A DNA stretch of 64,000 nt from Patescibacteria group bacterium (GCA_030837225.1 JAUPKX010000007.1:606-64605), one strand, 5' to 3'. Numbered from the stretch's first letter, positions 19,261-29,032 are shown. Program-made: numbers and translations. Notes: generated by a model from the letters alone, not told the origin.

Positions 19261-20946
19261 ATGGACAGTCATTACGGCCTACCACTCACCCGCCTACTCC
19301 CCTTCTACACAAAGCTCTCGCCCGGAGATCGCTTCATCGCGACTTTGCTTGGTCTTCTTGTTATAGGAACAAGTCTTGCGGGACTAATTGCGCTCCAGCG
19401 TTCGTTTTTGGTAACGGTACCCGCAAAGGGCGGAAGTCTCACGGAGGGAATCGTGGGGTCTCCGCGATTTGTGAATCCCCTTCTAGCGCTCACCGACGCT
19501 GATCGCGATCTCACGGCACTTACGTATGCGGGCCTTATGGGTACCGATGGTGAAGGCAACCTCGTACCAGTCCTCGCTGAGCGGTACCGGGTCTCTGAGG
19601 ATGGTCAGGAGTATACGTTCTCCCTAAGGGAAGATGCGAAGTTCTCCGACGGTACCCCTGTTACCGCCGAAGATGTCGTATTCACCGTTGAGAAAGCACA
19701 GGATCCAGCACTTCGTTCCCCAGAGCTCGCAAACTGGGCAAATATCCGTGCTGAAGCGCTTGATGCACGTACTGTCGTGTTCACACTCCCAAAGCCCTAC
19801 GCACCATTCCTGGTTGATACGACGCTCGGTATATTGCCTGCAGACAAGTGGCGAAACGTTCCCGTAGACGAGTTTTCGTTCTCTCCCCTCATGACGAATC
19901 CTATAGGTGCTGGACCCTTCAAGGTTGCGCGCGTGTCGCGTGACAAGGATGGAAGCGTAACTGGATACGAGCTACGTGCCTCGGATACTTACGTACTCGG
20001 ACGCCCCTATCTCGACGTTATCTACGTAAAATTCTATGACGACGTAACAAAACTCGCAGATGCATACGAACGCAAAAGCATACAGAGTGCATACGGCATT
20101 CCCGTGAAGGATGCGCTTCGCTCTCCGTACTCGCGCGTGTTTGGCGCATTCTTTAACAGCGACGAGAATCCAGTCTTCGCTCGCCTCGAAGTACGTGAGG
20201 CACTCTCACTCGCGATCGATCGCAACCGAATCGTTACCGAAGTCCTCGGCGGCTACGCCACACCCCTCACAGGTCCTGTGCCACCAGGAAGCGGTGTCGA
20301 GGCATATGAGCTTCCTGAGGGAGATGGTGTCGAACTTGCAATCGAGATTCTAGAAGACGAAGGATGGACCCGGAACGAAGAGACGGGTGGCTGGGAAAAT
20401 GAGGACGAGAGTCTCTCACTTCCGCAAGTAACCCTGAAGACGTCGAACGTGCCGGAACTGAAAGCGATCGCCGCGTCAATCGAGACAGACTGGGAACGTC
20501 TTGGTGTTCCTACGGAAGTAGCGCTCTACGAGCCCGGAGATTTAGCGGCAACCGTGATTCGTCCGCGTGCATACGAAGCACTCCTCTTCGGTATGGTTAT
20601 CGGCCGCGACCGCGACCTCTTCGCCTTCTGGGATTCGGGAGAACGAAGTGATCCAGGACTCAACATTGCCGCATACGCGAACCGCACTGTTGATCTGCTT
20701 CTTGAGCGTATTCGAGAGGAGCAGGACCCCGAAGTTGCACGCAAGGATCTTGCAAAGGTTTCGAAGCTTATAGCGAGCGATTATCCTGCAGCCTTTACGC
20801 ATGCACCTGACTTCCTGTATGCTATCCCTAACAGCGTCCGCGGTGTACGCCTTCCCCAGATAGCATCGCCGTCGGACCGGTTCGCGACAGTAAGTACTTG
20901 GTATCGGAATACGGAAGAGGTCTGGCCTATATTCGCGGGAAAGTGA
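19261..20946 (+). CDS. ABC transporter substrate-binding protein, family 5 (peptide/nickel, OppA/DppA-like), N-terminally membrane-anchored
   Basis: 561 aa; N-terminal TM anchor; SBP_bac_5-like architecture. Confidence 0.8.
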   Translation: MDSHYGLPLTRLLPFYTKLSPGDRFIATLLGLLVIGTSLAGLIALQRSFLVTVPAKGGSLTEGIVGSPRFVNPLLALTDADRDLTALTYAGLMGTDGEGNLVPVLAERYRVSEDGQEYTFSLREDAKFSDGTPVTAEDVVFTVEKAQDPALRSPELANWANIRAEALDARTVVFTLPKPYAPFLVDTTLGILPADKWRNVPVDEFSFSPLMTNPIGAGPFKVARVSRDKDGSVTGYELRASDTYVLGRPYLDVIYVKFYDDVTKLADAYERKSIQSAYGIPVKDALRSPYSRVFGAFFNSDENPVFARLEVREALSLAIDRNRIVTEVLGGYATPLTGPVPPGSGVEAYELPEGDGVELAIEILEDEGWTRNEETGGWENEDESLSLPQVTLKTSNVPELKAIAASIETDWERLGVPTEVALYEPGDLAATVIRPRAYEALLFGMVIGRDRDLFAFWDSGERSDPGLNIAAYANRTVDLLLERIREEQDPEVARKDLAKVSKLIASDYPAAFTHAPDFLYAIPNSVRGVRLPQIASPSDRFATVSTWYRNTEEVWPIFAGK

Positions 20947-21064
20947 TCAGTTGATAGCCTGGAACGTGCTTCCCTCTTGGCTGCCAACTGCGCACTGAAA
21001 CCAATCGTTACAACACGATATCTGGTGTGCACCTACATTATTTTCTAACAAGTAACTAAGTATT

Positions 21065-22999
21065 ATGTCAGCAGCACCCGCGCCAGCTCCGGCGCCAAGC
21101 CCTCGCTCAAATCAAAGCTCAGAGCCTCGCGCTCCGAGAGCTGAAGGAGCAGCCCCTCGCCCTCCTCGTGGAGGACGGGGACGTGGATCTCGTACTCGTA
21201 CCGGTGGACGTCCCGGCTCTGCGAGCGACAACATCCGCCGGTCGCTCGGTCGCCCCGGCGGCCCGTCTCAAGGCAGCGAACGAGCAGAGAAGAAAGCTCC
21301 CGAATACCTCCCCGCAGCACCGAGTAAGGATGTTGTTCGCATCGTTCCTCTTGGAGGCGTTGAGGAAGTCGGACGCAACATGTTCACCGTTGAAACGAAC
21401 GGCGACATCTTTGTCTTCGACGTTGGCTTCCAGTTCGTAACTGAGGATACGCAGCCAGGCGTCGACTATGTCCTTCCAAACACGAAGTACCTTGAAGTTA
21501 ACAAGGACCGTATTCGCGGTATCTTCATTACCCACGGCCACCTCGACCACATCGGCGGTATCCCGTTCCTTATGGAGCGCATGGGAAATCCGACCATCTA
21601 TACGCAGAATCTCTCTGCCGTAATGATCAAGAAGCGTCAGGAAGAATATCCTGACCAGCCAGAACTCAATATTGTTACCGTTGAGCCTGGGAGCACTATG
21701 ACCATTGGCTCGACCAAGGTCCAGTTCTTCCCGGTTACGCACTCGATCCCTGACTCTATGGGTATCGCTGTTGAGACGCCGTACGGAAACGTTATTGCGA
21801 CCGGAGACCTTAAGCTCGACCACGAGAACGGTATCCCAACGCCTGCAGAAGCAAAGAAGTGGGGCGCACTTGGCGCACAGAAGAACCTCTTCTTCATCGC
21901 CGACTCAACCAACGCTGAGCGTGACGGATTCTCAGTGCCTGAGCGTAAGGTGCATGAGACGCTCGAAGAGATCATCAAGACCGTGAAGGGTCGCCTCATC
22001 ATCGGTACGTTCGCCTCACAGTTCGAGCGTATGGTCCGCATTATTGAAATCGCGGAATCACTCGGCAAGAAGGTTGTAACCGAAGGACGCTCAATTAAGA
22101 CCAACCTCGAGATTGCACAGAAGACCGGTCTTCTTAAGGTTAAGAAGGAGACGATCATCACGTCGGCGGAGATTGGTGACTATCCTCCAGACAAGATCGT
22201 TATCCTCTCAACCGGTGCCCAGGGCGAAGAGTTCGCGGCACTTATGCGCATCGCTACCAAGCAGCACAAGTCGATCACCCTTACCTCACGCGACACCGTT
22301 GTCCTCTCGTCCTCGGTTATTCCTGGAAACGAGATCTCCGTGCAACGCTTGAAGGATCACCTCTACCGCAGCGGTGCATCACTCATCCACTACCGATCGA
22401 GCGACGTGCACTCAACCGGACACGGAAACACGGGCGAGCTCATCTGGATCAACAAGCAGATTAACGCCAAGTACTTCATGCCAGCCTACGGGTACTACTC
22501 GATGACGGCTTCGCATGCGAAGGCGGTTGAGCAGGCAGGACGTCCACGCGAGTCTATTATCGTTGCCGACAACGGCACTGTTATTGATATCGAGAACGGC
22601 GGCGAGACCCTGAACGTACACAAGCAGAAGGTTCCCTCCTCCCCACTCGTGGTTGATGGGTTCTCTATCAGCGACCTCCAGGAGGTAGTTATTCGTGATC
22701 GCTTGATGCTCGCGAAGGACGGTATGTTCGTTATCATCGCAACTGTTAACCTGAAGACCGGAAAGCTCCGCAAGTCTCCAGACATCATTTCGCGCGGCTT
22801 CGTGTATCTTCGTGAGAACCAAGACATGCTCAATCAAGCACGTCTTCTCATTAAGAAGACCGTTGAAGATTCTACTGAGGGCATGAACCCGGTTGATCTC
22901 GACTTCGTAAAGAACGCGCTCTCGGACACTATGGCCGGCTACCTGTTCACTCGTACGAACAAGGCACCGATGGTTATTCCGGTGTTGATTGGTGTGTAA
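21065..22999 (+). CDS. rnj: ribonuclease J (metallo-beta-lactamase/beta-CASP) with ~95-aa Pro/Arg/Gly-rich N-terminal extension
   Basis: HGHLDHIGG motif, beta-CASP and C-terminal domains; N-terminal low-complexity APAPAPSPR...RGGRGRGSRTRTGGRPG precedes the conserved VRIVPLGG start of the catalytic core. Confidence 0.9.
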   Translation: MSAAPAPAPAPSPRSNQSSEPRAPRAEGAAPRPPRGGRGRGSRTRTGGRPGSASDNIRRSLGRPGGPSQGSERAEKKAPEYLPAAPSKDVVRIVPLGGVEEVGRNMFTVETNGDIFVFDVGFQFVTEDTQPGVDYVLPNTKYLEVNKDRIRGIFITHGHLDHIGGIPFLMERMGNPTIYTQNLSAVMIKKRQEEYPDQPELNIVTVEPGSTMTIGSTKVQFFPVTHSIPDSMGIAVETPYGNVIATGDLKLDHENGIPTPAEAKKWGALGAQKNLFFIADSTNAERDGFSVPERKVHETLEEIIKTVKGRLIIGTFASQFERMVRIIEIAESLGKKVVTEGRSIKTNLEIAQKTGLLKVKKETIITSAEIGDYPPDKIVILSTGAQGEEFAALMRIATKQHKSITLTSRDTVVLSSSVIPGNEISVQRLKDHLYRSGASLIHYRSSDVHSTGHGNTGELIWINKQINAKYFMPAYGYYSMTASHAKAVEQAGRPRESIIVADNGTVIDIENGGETLNVHKQKVPSSPLVVDGFSISDLQEVVIRDRLMLAKDGMFVIIATVNLKTGKLRKSPDIISRGFVYLRENQDMLNQARLLIKKTVEDSTEGMNPVDLDFVKNALSDTMAGYLFTRTNKAPMVIPVLIGV

Positions 23000-23063
23000 C
23001 GATTCCAATTGTTCGAGAAATGCCGCCTTACTGGGCGGCATTTCTCGTTATCCAAATGCTAGT

Positions 23064-24227
23064 ATGCACTTAATGCACCCGCGTCTTGTTCTTTCTATCG
23101 GAAACTTTTTTAGTGCCGTCTACTTTTCGCTAATACTCTTCATTCTTGCTCCTTATCTCGCTCTCTTTCTACCTGATGCTCACATCGGGCTCGTTGTCTC
23201 TCTTGGTGCATTCATAACACTTGTGACCTTTCCGTTCGTGCCGCATCTCATTCGTAGATTCGGCTCGAAGCGGCTCGCACTCATATTTGCGTTCTTTCAG
23301 GCCGTTATGCTTTCTGTGCTCGCTCTCTCGCCAGCGATGCTGTTTGCTATACTCACCGTTGTCCTTATCTGCGCTGTTGCACCGTTCATCTCGTATCAAT
23401 TGGACCTGCTACTTCAAGCTGCTACAAAGGAGTCAGGATCTACAGGGCAGGTGCGCACACTCTTCCTAACTGCTGCGAGCGTAGCGTATATAGTCACACC
23501 CCTTCTCGTAAGCCTTCTTATCGACGGAACTGAGGCGTACTGGCGCGTATTTCTTGCAGCTGCAGTCTCCCTTACGCCGTTCATTGCGCTTCTCTTGTTC
23601 GAACGACTTCCTGAGGGTGAACCGCCACACATCGCTGCCGTTACTTCAACATGCTTCTGTCTGTGGTCTGATCCTGATCTGCGAGCGGCAGCACTCGGAA
23701 ACGGCGTCTTGCAGTTCTTCTTCCATCTGGTTCCCCTCTACATACCACTGTACCTACATACCGTACTTGGCTTCCCGTGGAGCGATCTAGGTTGGGTATT
23801 TGCCATAATGCTTCTACCTTTCCTGTTTGTTGAGTATCCTGCAGGCTGGATTGCAGACCGATGGTTCGGAGATAAGGAGCTCCTGATCGCTGGATTCATC
23901 ATCATGGGCATTGCGCTTGCGGCCACAGGGTTCATCACTGCTTCTACCCCACTGGTTGTTATCGCTGCAATACTTTTTGTATCTCGTGTAGGTGCCGCCT
24001 TATCTGAAGCTATGGTTGAAAGCCACTTCTTCCGGAGGGTCTCTGAGCGCGACGCGAATACTATCAGTGTGTTTCGTATGATGCGCCCAGATGGAGCGCG
24101 TGTTGCCCCACTCTTTGCGAGCGTACTCCTGATCTCGGGAAACTACGTCGCATTCTTTATGATCTCAGGCGCACTTATCGTTGCGCTCGGTGTACTCGTA
24201 ACAATTCCTCTCAAAGACGTGCGCTAG
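23064..24227 (+). CDS. MFS transporter
   Basis: About 12 TM helices; start uncertain (track ORF begins at 22989; MHLMHPR at 23064 avoids overlap with rnj). Confidence 0.65.
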   Translation: MHLMHPRLVLSIGNFFSAVYFSLILFILAPYLALFLPDAHIGLVVSLGAFITLVTFPFVPHLIRRFGSKRLALIFAFFQAVMLSVLALSPAMLFAILTVVLICAVAPFISYQLDLLLQAATKESGSTGQVRTLFLTAASVAYIVTPLLVSLLIDGTEAYWRVFLAAAVSLTPFIALLLFERLPEGEPPHIAAVTSTCFCLWSDPDLRAAALGNGVLQFFFHLVPLYIPLYLHTVLGFPWSDLGWVFAIMLLPFLFVEYPAGWIADRWFGDKELLIAGFIIMGIALAATGFITASTPLVVIAAILFVSRVGAALSEAMVESHFFRRVSERDANTISVFRMMRPDGARVAPLFASVLLISGNYVAFFMISGALIVALGVLVTIPLKDVR

Positions 24228-25051
24228 GACGCTAACTGGTACTTCGTTCGCTTCTTTTCTATCAAACCTTCCTTGAGGAGTTTTTGAAGTTGTGCCGCTA
24301 CTTGCTCGTAGCGCTCGACTCCGAGCAAAGAAGCAAGGAAGCGCTCGGTCTTTGCTTCCTTTGAGAGTGCTCGCAGTATGACACCCCGCGCTTCCCTACC
24401 AGAACCCGCAAAAGCTGATTGCTTAGTATATGTCTTGCTCTTCGCGTTGATGCGTACTCCTGAGCGTTTAAGGAAGGCACCATAGTCCATGAGCGCCGAA
24501 TACCACTCCCTACTAGTGCCTTTGCGGAACGCCTTCTCAAGTATCAAAAGTATTTCTTTATCACTCACCTTCTCCTCGTCCGGGAAGAAGTGATGCGTAA
24601 CCACGGTACGCAGGTTCGTCTCAATTAAAATGACGTCCTCGTTATAGGCAAACGCCGCTACCGCTCGCGCCGTGTAGTGTCCGATACCCGGAAGTTTCTC
24701 GAGTGCCTCCACGGTATTTGGCATCTTTCCTGCATAGTCCTTCACTACTGTTTTTGCCGCCTCATGCAACATCTTTGCGCGACGGTTATAGCCAAGCCCC
24801 TGCCAGCGTATGAGCACATTCGCGAGTGGCGCACTTGCGAGTACTCTAACATCCGGGAATTCTTTTAGAAATGCCTTATAGAACGGCAGTACCCGCTCCA
24901 CCTGGGTCTGTTGCAGCATTACTTCAGACACCAGAATGCGATATGCATCCTTGGTCTTTCTCCAGGAAAGATCATGTCTTCCGTGTTCTTTGTAGTGTGC
25001 GAGAACGAGATTCCTAAACCGGATCGGAGTCATTGGTCTTCGGTGCAGCAT
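24224..25051 (-). CDS. HhH-GPD DNA glycosylase (MutY/EndoIII-like, no Fe-S cluster motif)
   Basis: YRILVSEVMLQQTQVERV and LPGIGHYTARAV HhH-GPD motifs; no Cys cluster; alternative start at MTPIRF (25033). Confidence 0.7.
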   Translation of the reverse strand: MLHRRPMTPIRFRNLVLAHYKEHGRHDLSWRKTKDAYRILVSEVMLQQTQVERVLPFYKAFLKEFPDVRVLASAPLANVLIRWQGLGYNRRAKMLHEAAKTVVKDYAGKMPNTVEALEKLPGIGHYTARAVAAFAYNEDVILIETNLRTVVTHHFFPDEEKVSDKEILLILEKAFRKGTSREWYSALMDYGAFLKRSGVRINAKSKTYTKQSAFAGSGREARGVILRALSKEAKTERFLASLLGVERYEQVAAQLQKLLKEGLIEKKRTKYQLAS

Positions 25052-25241
25052 GTGGCGCTTCAGGCACTATAACGATAGCGAGCGCGTAGCCGACGATACC
25101 CGGAACAAATCCAGTGAAGACCGTAAGGATGAGGTATCCAAGGCGAAGGAGTACTGGGTCTACGCCGAAGAACTCTCCGAGCCCTCCCATGACTCCGGCG
25201 AGTACGCGGTGTTCCCTACTGCGAGTTAGTTTCTTTTCCAT
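25014..25241 (-). CDS. PspC-domain membrane protein
   Basis: MEKKLTRSREHRVLAGVMGGLGEFFGVDPVLLRLGYLILTV matches PspC domain; start moved to internal ATG at 25241. Confidence 0.65.
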   Translation of the reverse strand: MEKKLTRSREHRVLAGVMGGLGEFFGVDPVLLRLGYLILTVFTGFVPGIVGYALAIVIVPEAPHAAPKTNDSDPV

Positions 25242-25448
25242 ATGCTGAGTATAGCAAAATTGAACTGACGGAGGATAAGCAGAAACCCCTCCCGCGCGTG
25301 AGCGAGGGAGGGGTGGACCAGGTTCCATGGGAACAATAACCGAGAGGTTTGGCAAGGGCGCAGAGCGACTAAAGAGGGTGCATCCTCAATCCGTAGGGTA
25401 CAGCCTGTAAGACCTTCACCACATGGAGCCGATTACGTGCGCAAGTTC

Positions 25449-25470
25449 GGAGTGCGAACACTCCTTTTTC
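25449..25470 (+). terminator. plus-strand intrinsic terminator-like hairpin with no upstream plus-strand CDS
   Basis: GGAGTG-cgaa-CACTCC followed by ttttt. Confidence 0.4.
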
Positions 25471-25552
25471 ACTCCCTTCTCGAGAAACCCGTGCTACGCC
25501 CGCAAGGAACAAGGACCGCTATATACTTTACTCTTTTTTCTGTAATTAGCAA

Positions 25553-26266
25553 CTACTTCGCCTTGGGCCACCTCCCTGCTGCCGGAGGCCAAATCTTCGT
25601 TAACGGATGCTCTTCGCACGGATGCGGAAGCGCCTTGCAGACGTAGCGTCCGTATAGGACGAACCCGTTATTTACATATTTCCAATCTTTCTTCGGTATG
25701 AGTGCTTCGAGATCCTTTGAGATTTTGGTTAGGTCTGTATTCGACGTTAAATCAAAACGAAGTGCGAAACGACGCACGTGGGTATCAGTGGGAATGCCCT
25801 CCCAAATATCATGCAGTTCTCCAAGGACTACATGCGCGGTCTTGTACGCAATTCCTGGAAACCGAACGAGCTCGCTTTCGGTCTTCGGAATCATCCCCTT
25901 GAACTCGTCTCGCAGCACTATGGCTGTTGCCTTAATGTGCCTGGCCTTATTCTTATAGAACGTAATCGAAGAGATCGCTTCAGTTAACGAGGCAAGATCT
26001 GCATTAGCGAAATCGTTTACGGTTTTGTACCGTCTGAAGATATCCTTCGTAACAATATTTACGCGCTTGTCGGTAGACTGCGCAGAGAGCATAACCGCAA
26101 CAACGAGCTGTATAGGCGTCTTAAAGGCGAGCTCGGTTTCAGGGTTGGGGTACGTTTTCTTTACATAGGCGACAATCTTCCGAGCTCGAATCTTACGCTC
26201 TTCAAAGGTAGAAACAGCTTCTACGCTACGCATGGCTACGCAAGTCTTCGAGAACCTGTTCCGCAT
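25553..26266 (-). CDS. nth: endonuclease III-like DNA glycosylase (HhH-GPD superfamily)
   Basis: LVRFPGIAYKTAHVVLGE HhH motif, conserved Asp; C-terminus has only two Cys (reduced Fe-S site). Confidence 0.75.
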   Translation of the reverse strand: MRNRFSKTCVAMRSVEAVSTFEERKIRARKIVAYVKKTYPNPETELAFKTPIQLVVAVMLSAQSTDKRVNIVTKDIFRRYKTVNDFANADLASLTEAISSITFYKNKARHIKATAIVLRDEFKGMIPKTESELVRFPGIAYKTAHVVLGELHDIWEGIPTDTHVRRFALRFDLTSNTDLTKISKDLEALIPKKDWKYVNNGFVLYGRYVCKALPHPCEEHPLTKIWPPAAGRWPKAK

Positions 26267-26693
26267 GGAGCTCAGGCTTCACATTCTCATACACCTTCTC
26301 AATAGTGCCGTCTGGGGCTATGAGGAATGAGGTACGCGAGATACCGTCGTATTCCCTTCCCATCATCTTCTTCTTTCCCCAGACGCCGAAGGCGTTCACG
26401 ACTTTCTTTTTCTCATCCGCAAGCAGCATAAACGGAAGGCCGTACTTATCCGCAAACTTCTTATGGCTCTTTACGGAATCTACTGAAATGCCGTATACAA
26501 CCACATCAAGCGACGCGAAGTCCGGCAATGCATCGCGAAGCATGCAGGCTTGTTTTGTGCATCCGGGCGTATCATCCTTCGGATAAAAATAGAGAAGCAC
26601 ACAGCTTCCTCTGCGCTGCGAGAGCGTGTGCGAAACGCCGTCCTGGTCGAGGAGGGTGAAATCAGGGGCAAGCGTTCCCGGTGAAGGAATCAT
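26226..26693 (-). CDS. bcp: peroxiredoxin (Bcp/PrxQ, AhpC-TSA family)
   Basis: FYPKDDTPGCTKQAC peroxidatic Cys motif. Confidence 0.85.
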   Translation of the reverse strand: MIPSPGTLAPDFTLLDQDGVSHTLSQRRGSCVLLYFYPKDDTPGCTKQACMLRDALPDFASLDVVVYGISVDSVKSHKKFADKYGLPFMLLADEKKKVVNAFGVWGKKKMMGREYDGISRTSFLIAPDGTIEKVYENVKPELHAEQVLEDLRSHA

Positions 26694-26696
26694 GCT

Positions 26697-27893
26697 TTAG
26701 TCAGTGATTGGGTCCTCCTGGATTCTCCCGAATGCGAAGCGGTGTGCGAGCACAACAATCGTTCCAGTGGCCGCAAAGAAAAGGATAAATAGTATGATGC
26801 CGCCCACAACCGGTACGATGCTGGTGAGATACAGAACGAGCATACCGAGGATCGCAAGCTTCCAGGTTACGATCTCACGCTTCAAGAGTCCTCGTCCCAA
26901 AGCAGCGCCCGCAAGCACCCCGGCGTATAGATACCCAAGCATGAGGAGGAACAAGTAGAGCGTGAGAAGCAGGAATCCAACGCCCATACCAACGAATGAC
27001 ACGAGTAGTATGAAAATGAATACCGGGGTCGCAAACACAACCCCAAACCCTAGAAGCACCAGGAGTGCGAATCTTCCTGGCGATCGAGAGAGTGCACGAT
27101 CTGCAACCGCTTGCGCAAATACCGGAAAGAGGCCTGCGAGGAGTGCTGCTGCGATAAGAACTGCGAGAATACGAACGAGTAGGAATACGCTCGCGCCAGC
27201 AATTGCGAATGTTTTTGCCTGCTCTATGGTTGGTAAGTACGAAGATGCGCCGGTATACGTCACGCCATTAAGAATTGCTGCAGATGCCGGAATAGCCACT
27301 TCCTGCGGCGCGTCATAGCGAAGCGAACCGTTAATGACGGTTCCTTCAAGAAGCGTAAGTCGGTCTGACGCGGTGACTTCTACATTTCCTTCGAATGTAC
27401 CGGACAGGTACACCTCAGCACCGTACACAACAACCTTTCCGCCACTTCCGGTCACTCTAACGGCTCCGCCGATAATTCGGGTATCAGTCGCGGTTGAAGA
27501 CGCAGTAACCGTGCCGCCCGCAAGCACAAGGTCACCTGACACCGGAGCGCTCACGATTACTTGTGCACCGGCTGCACGCAGATCTCCTTCTACAGGACGC
27601 GTTACCGAGACCGTACCACCAGCAACCGTCGCGTCACCCACTACCGTTGCGGCGATAGAAATGGTGCCGCCTGCCGCGAGTAGGTCTCCCGGTAGTGGGG
27701 CTGCTACGGTTACGTCAGTACCTGCAAGATACGCGTTATCGAGTGGAGACTCTGATACAACTAGCGTGCGTGCGCTTACGAACGTAGCTGCTGAAAGACT
27801 TGCGGGCAACACTAATGTTGCTAGGAGAATGACCACGAGGATACGAAAGCAGGCCATGATGCCGCCATCATAGCACAACCCCCTCCCCGTCAA
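26697..27893 (-). CDS. bactofilin-like (polymer-forming beta-helix repeat) protein with N-terminal signal and C-terminal TM helices
   Basis: Repeated GDLxAAG / GG.V.V beta-helix turns (PLPGDLLAAGGTISIAATVVGDATVAGGTVSV...) then three or four TM helices. Confidence 0.55.
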   Translation of the reverse strand: MTGRGLCYDGGIMACFRILVVILLATLVLPASLSAATFVSARTLVVSESPLDNAYLAGTDVTVAAPLPGDLLAAGGTISIAATVVGDATVAGGTVSVTRPVEGDLRAAGAQVIVSAPVSGDLVLAGGTVTASSTATDTRIIGGAVRVTGSGGKVVVYGAEVYLSGTFEGNVEVTASDRLTLLEGTVINGSLRYDAPQEVAIPASAAILNGVTYTGASSYLPTIEQAKTFAIAGASVFLLVRILAVLIAAALLAGLFPVFAQAVADRALSRSPGRFALLVLLGFGVVFATPVFIFILLVSFVGMGVGFLLLTLYLFLLMLGYLYAGVLAGAALGRGLLKREIVTWKLAILGMLVLYLTSIVPVVGGIILFILFFAATGTIVVLAHRFAFGRIQEDPITD

Positions 27894-27895
27894 GA

Positions 27896-28348
27896 TTAGA
27901 GAACGGTAGCAAGCTTAATGGGTAGAAAGCACCTCCAAAGGACCCAGCTGAGACCGAATATGAGCATCGTGATGCCCGCTGAAGCAATGCAATAGATACA
28001 GAGAGCCTTGATGAGCGCGAACTGAATGAACACAAAGACCGCTGAGACCGCTACGCCAAACGCCGATACAGCAAAAAGTGCTTGGTAGAGCCTGCGGGAG
28101 GATACGATACTAAGCGATGCAACGAGAACGAACGTGAGCGCAAAGAATCCAACACCATAAAGCCCGAGCGGGACACCAAAGAGGTGCGAGTACGCACTCT
28201 GCGCAACAATATTGCAACCATCAAGTCCGCTTCCGAGATCGCATGAAAGTGCCGTGTCAGTAATAGCGCTTTGGTAGAGATACCAAGAGTCCGCAATACC
28301 GAGAAACGAAAGAATGAGTACGAGCACTATAAGGAGGCTGCGGTTCAT
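27896..28348 (-). CDS. vitamin K epoxide reductase (VKOR) family protein
   Basis: Four or five TM helices, loop Cys pair and CIYC active-site motif. Confidence 0.75.
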   Translation of the reverse strand: MNRSLLIVLVLILSFLGIADSWYLYQSAITDTALSCDLGSGLDGCNIVAQSAYSHLFGVPLGLYGVGFFALTFVLVASLSIVSSRRLYQALFAVSAFGVAVSAVFVFIQFALIKALCIYCIASAGITMLIFGLSWVLWRCFLPIKLATVL

Positions 28349-28413
28349 GACCCAATCCTACCCTGCCCCCCATACACCAGCAACCTTCATGTTTCTGGTA
28401 GTACAATTACCCC

Positions 28414-28818
28414 ATGGAACAACGCACTGAGGAAGAGTGGAAGGAGATGCTCAATCCTGAGGAATACCATGTGTTGCGTGAGGGCGGAACCGAGGCCCCA
28501 TTCAAAGGCAAGTATGTTGAGAATCATACAGACGGTACGTATCGGTGCCGGGCGTGCCACGCGATCCTTTTTAATTCCGACACCAAGTTCGATTCCGATA
28601 GCGGGTGGCCTTCATTCACGGACCCTGCTGTTGCGGAGAATGTAGGGACCCGAACGGATGAAAGTCTTGGTATTGAGCGTACGGAAGCATTCTGCAAAAG
28701 CTGTGGCAGCCATCTTGGCCACATGTTTGACGACGGCCCGGTTGACACTGGTGGGAAGCGGTACTGCATCAACTCCATCGCGCTCAATTTCGAGAAACGG
28801 GACAAGAATCCTTCATAA
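28414..28818 (+). CDS. msrB: peptide-methionine (R)-S-oxide reductase MsrB
   Basis: SelR domain with two CxxC zinc motifs and catalytic Cys (CKSCGSHLGHMF). Confidence 0.9.
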   Translation: MEQRTEEEWKEMLNPEEYHVLREGGTEAPFKGKYVENHTDGTYRCRACHAILFNSDTKFDSDSGWPSFTDPAVAENVGTRTDESLGIERTEAFCKSCGSHLGHMFDDGPVDTGGKRYCINSIALNFEKRDKNPS

Positions 28819-28873
28819 AGTCTCCAGGTTCCTTCCGTCATAGTGTAGGAGTTACCGTAAATAACTCGTACCT

Positions 28874-29017
28874 ATGATTGAACCAGATGAGCTCGAGAAT
28901 CAGGCAGACCAGGAGCATGATCGTGCGGACACGCACGCAGAATCTGAAGAGATGCTGCGGCGTCAAGCTGACGAACAACGGGAAGCACAGGCGCGCGAAG
29001 AAGAGACACACGACTAG
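28874..29017 (+). CDS. 47-aa acidic small protein (candidate; below ORF-track cutoff)
   Basis: ATG..TAG frame MIEPDELENQADQEHDRADTHAESEEMLRRQADEQREAQAREEETHD, followed 16 nt later by a clean intrinsic terminator. Confidence 0.25.
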   Translation: MIEPDELENQADQEHDRADTHAESEEMLRRQADEQREAQAREEETHD

Positions 29018-29032
29018 TCAGTAGAGATGCAT

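Noticed and set aside
25437-25646. Plus-strand ORF 25437..25646
   Set aside because: Its GTG start is inside the terminator hairpin and its body is antisense to the nth 3' end; not credible.
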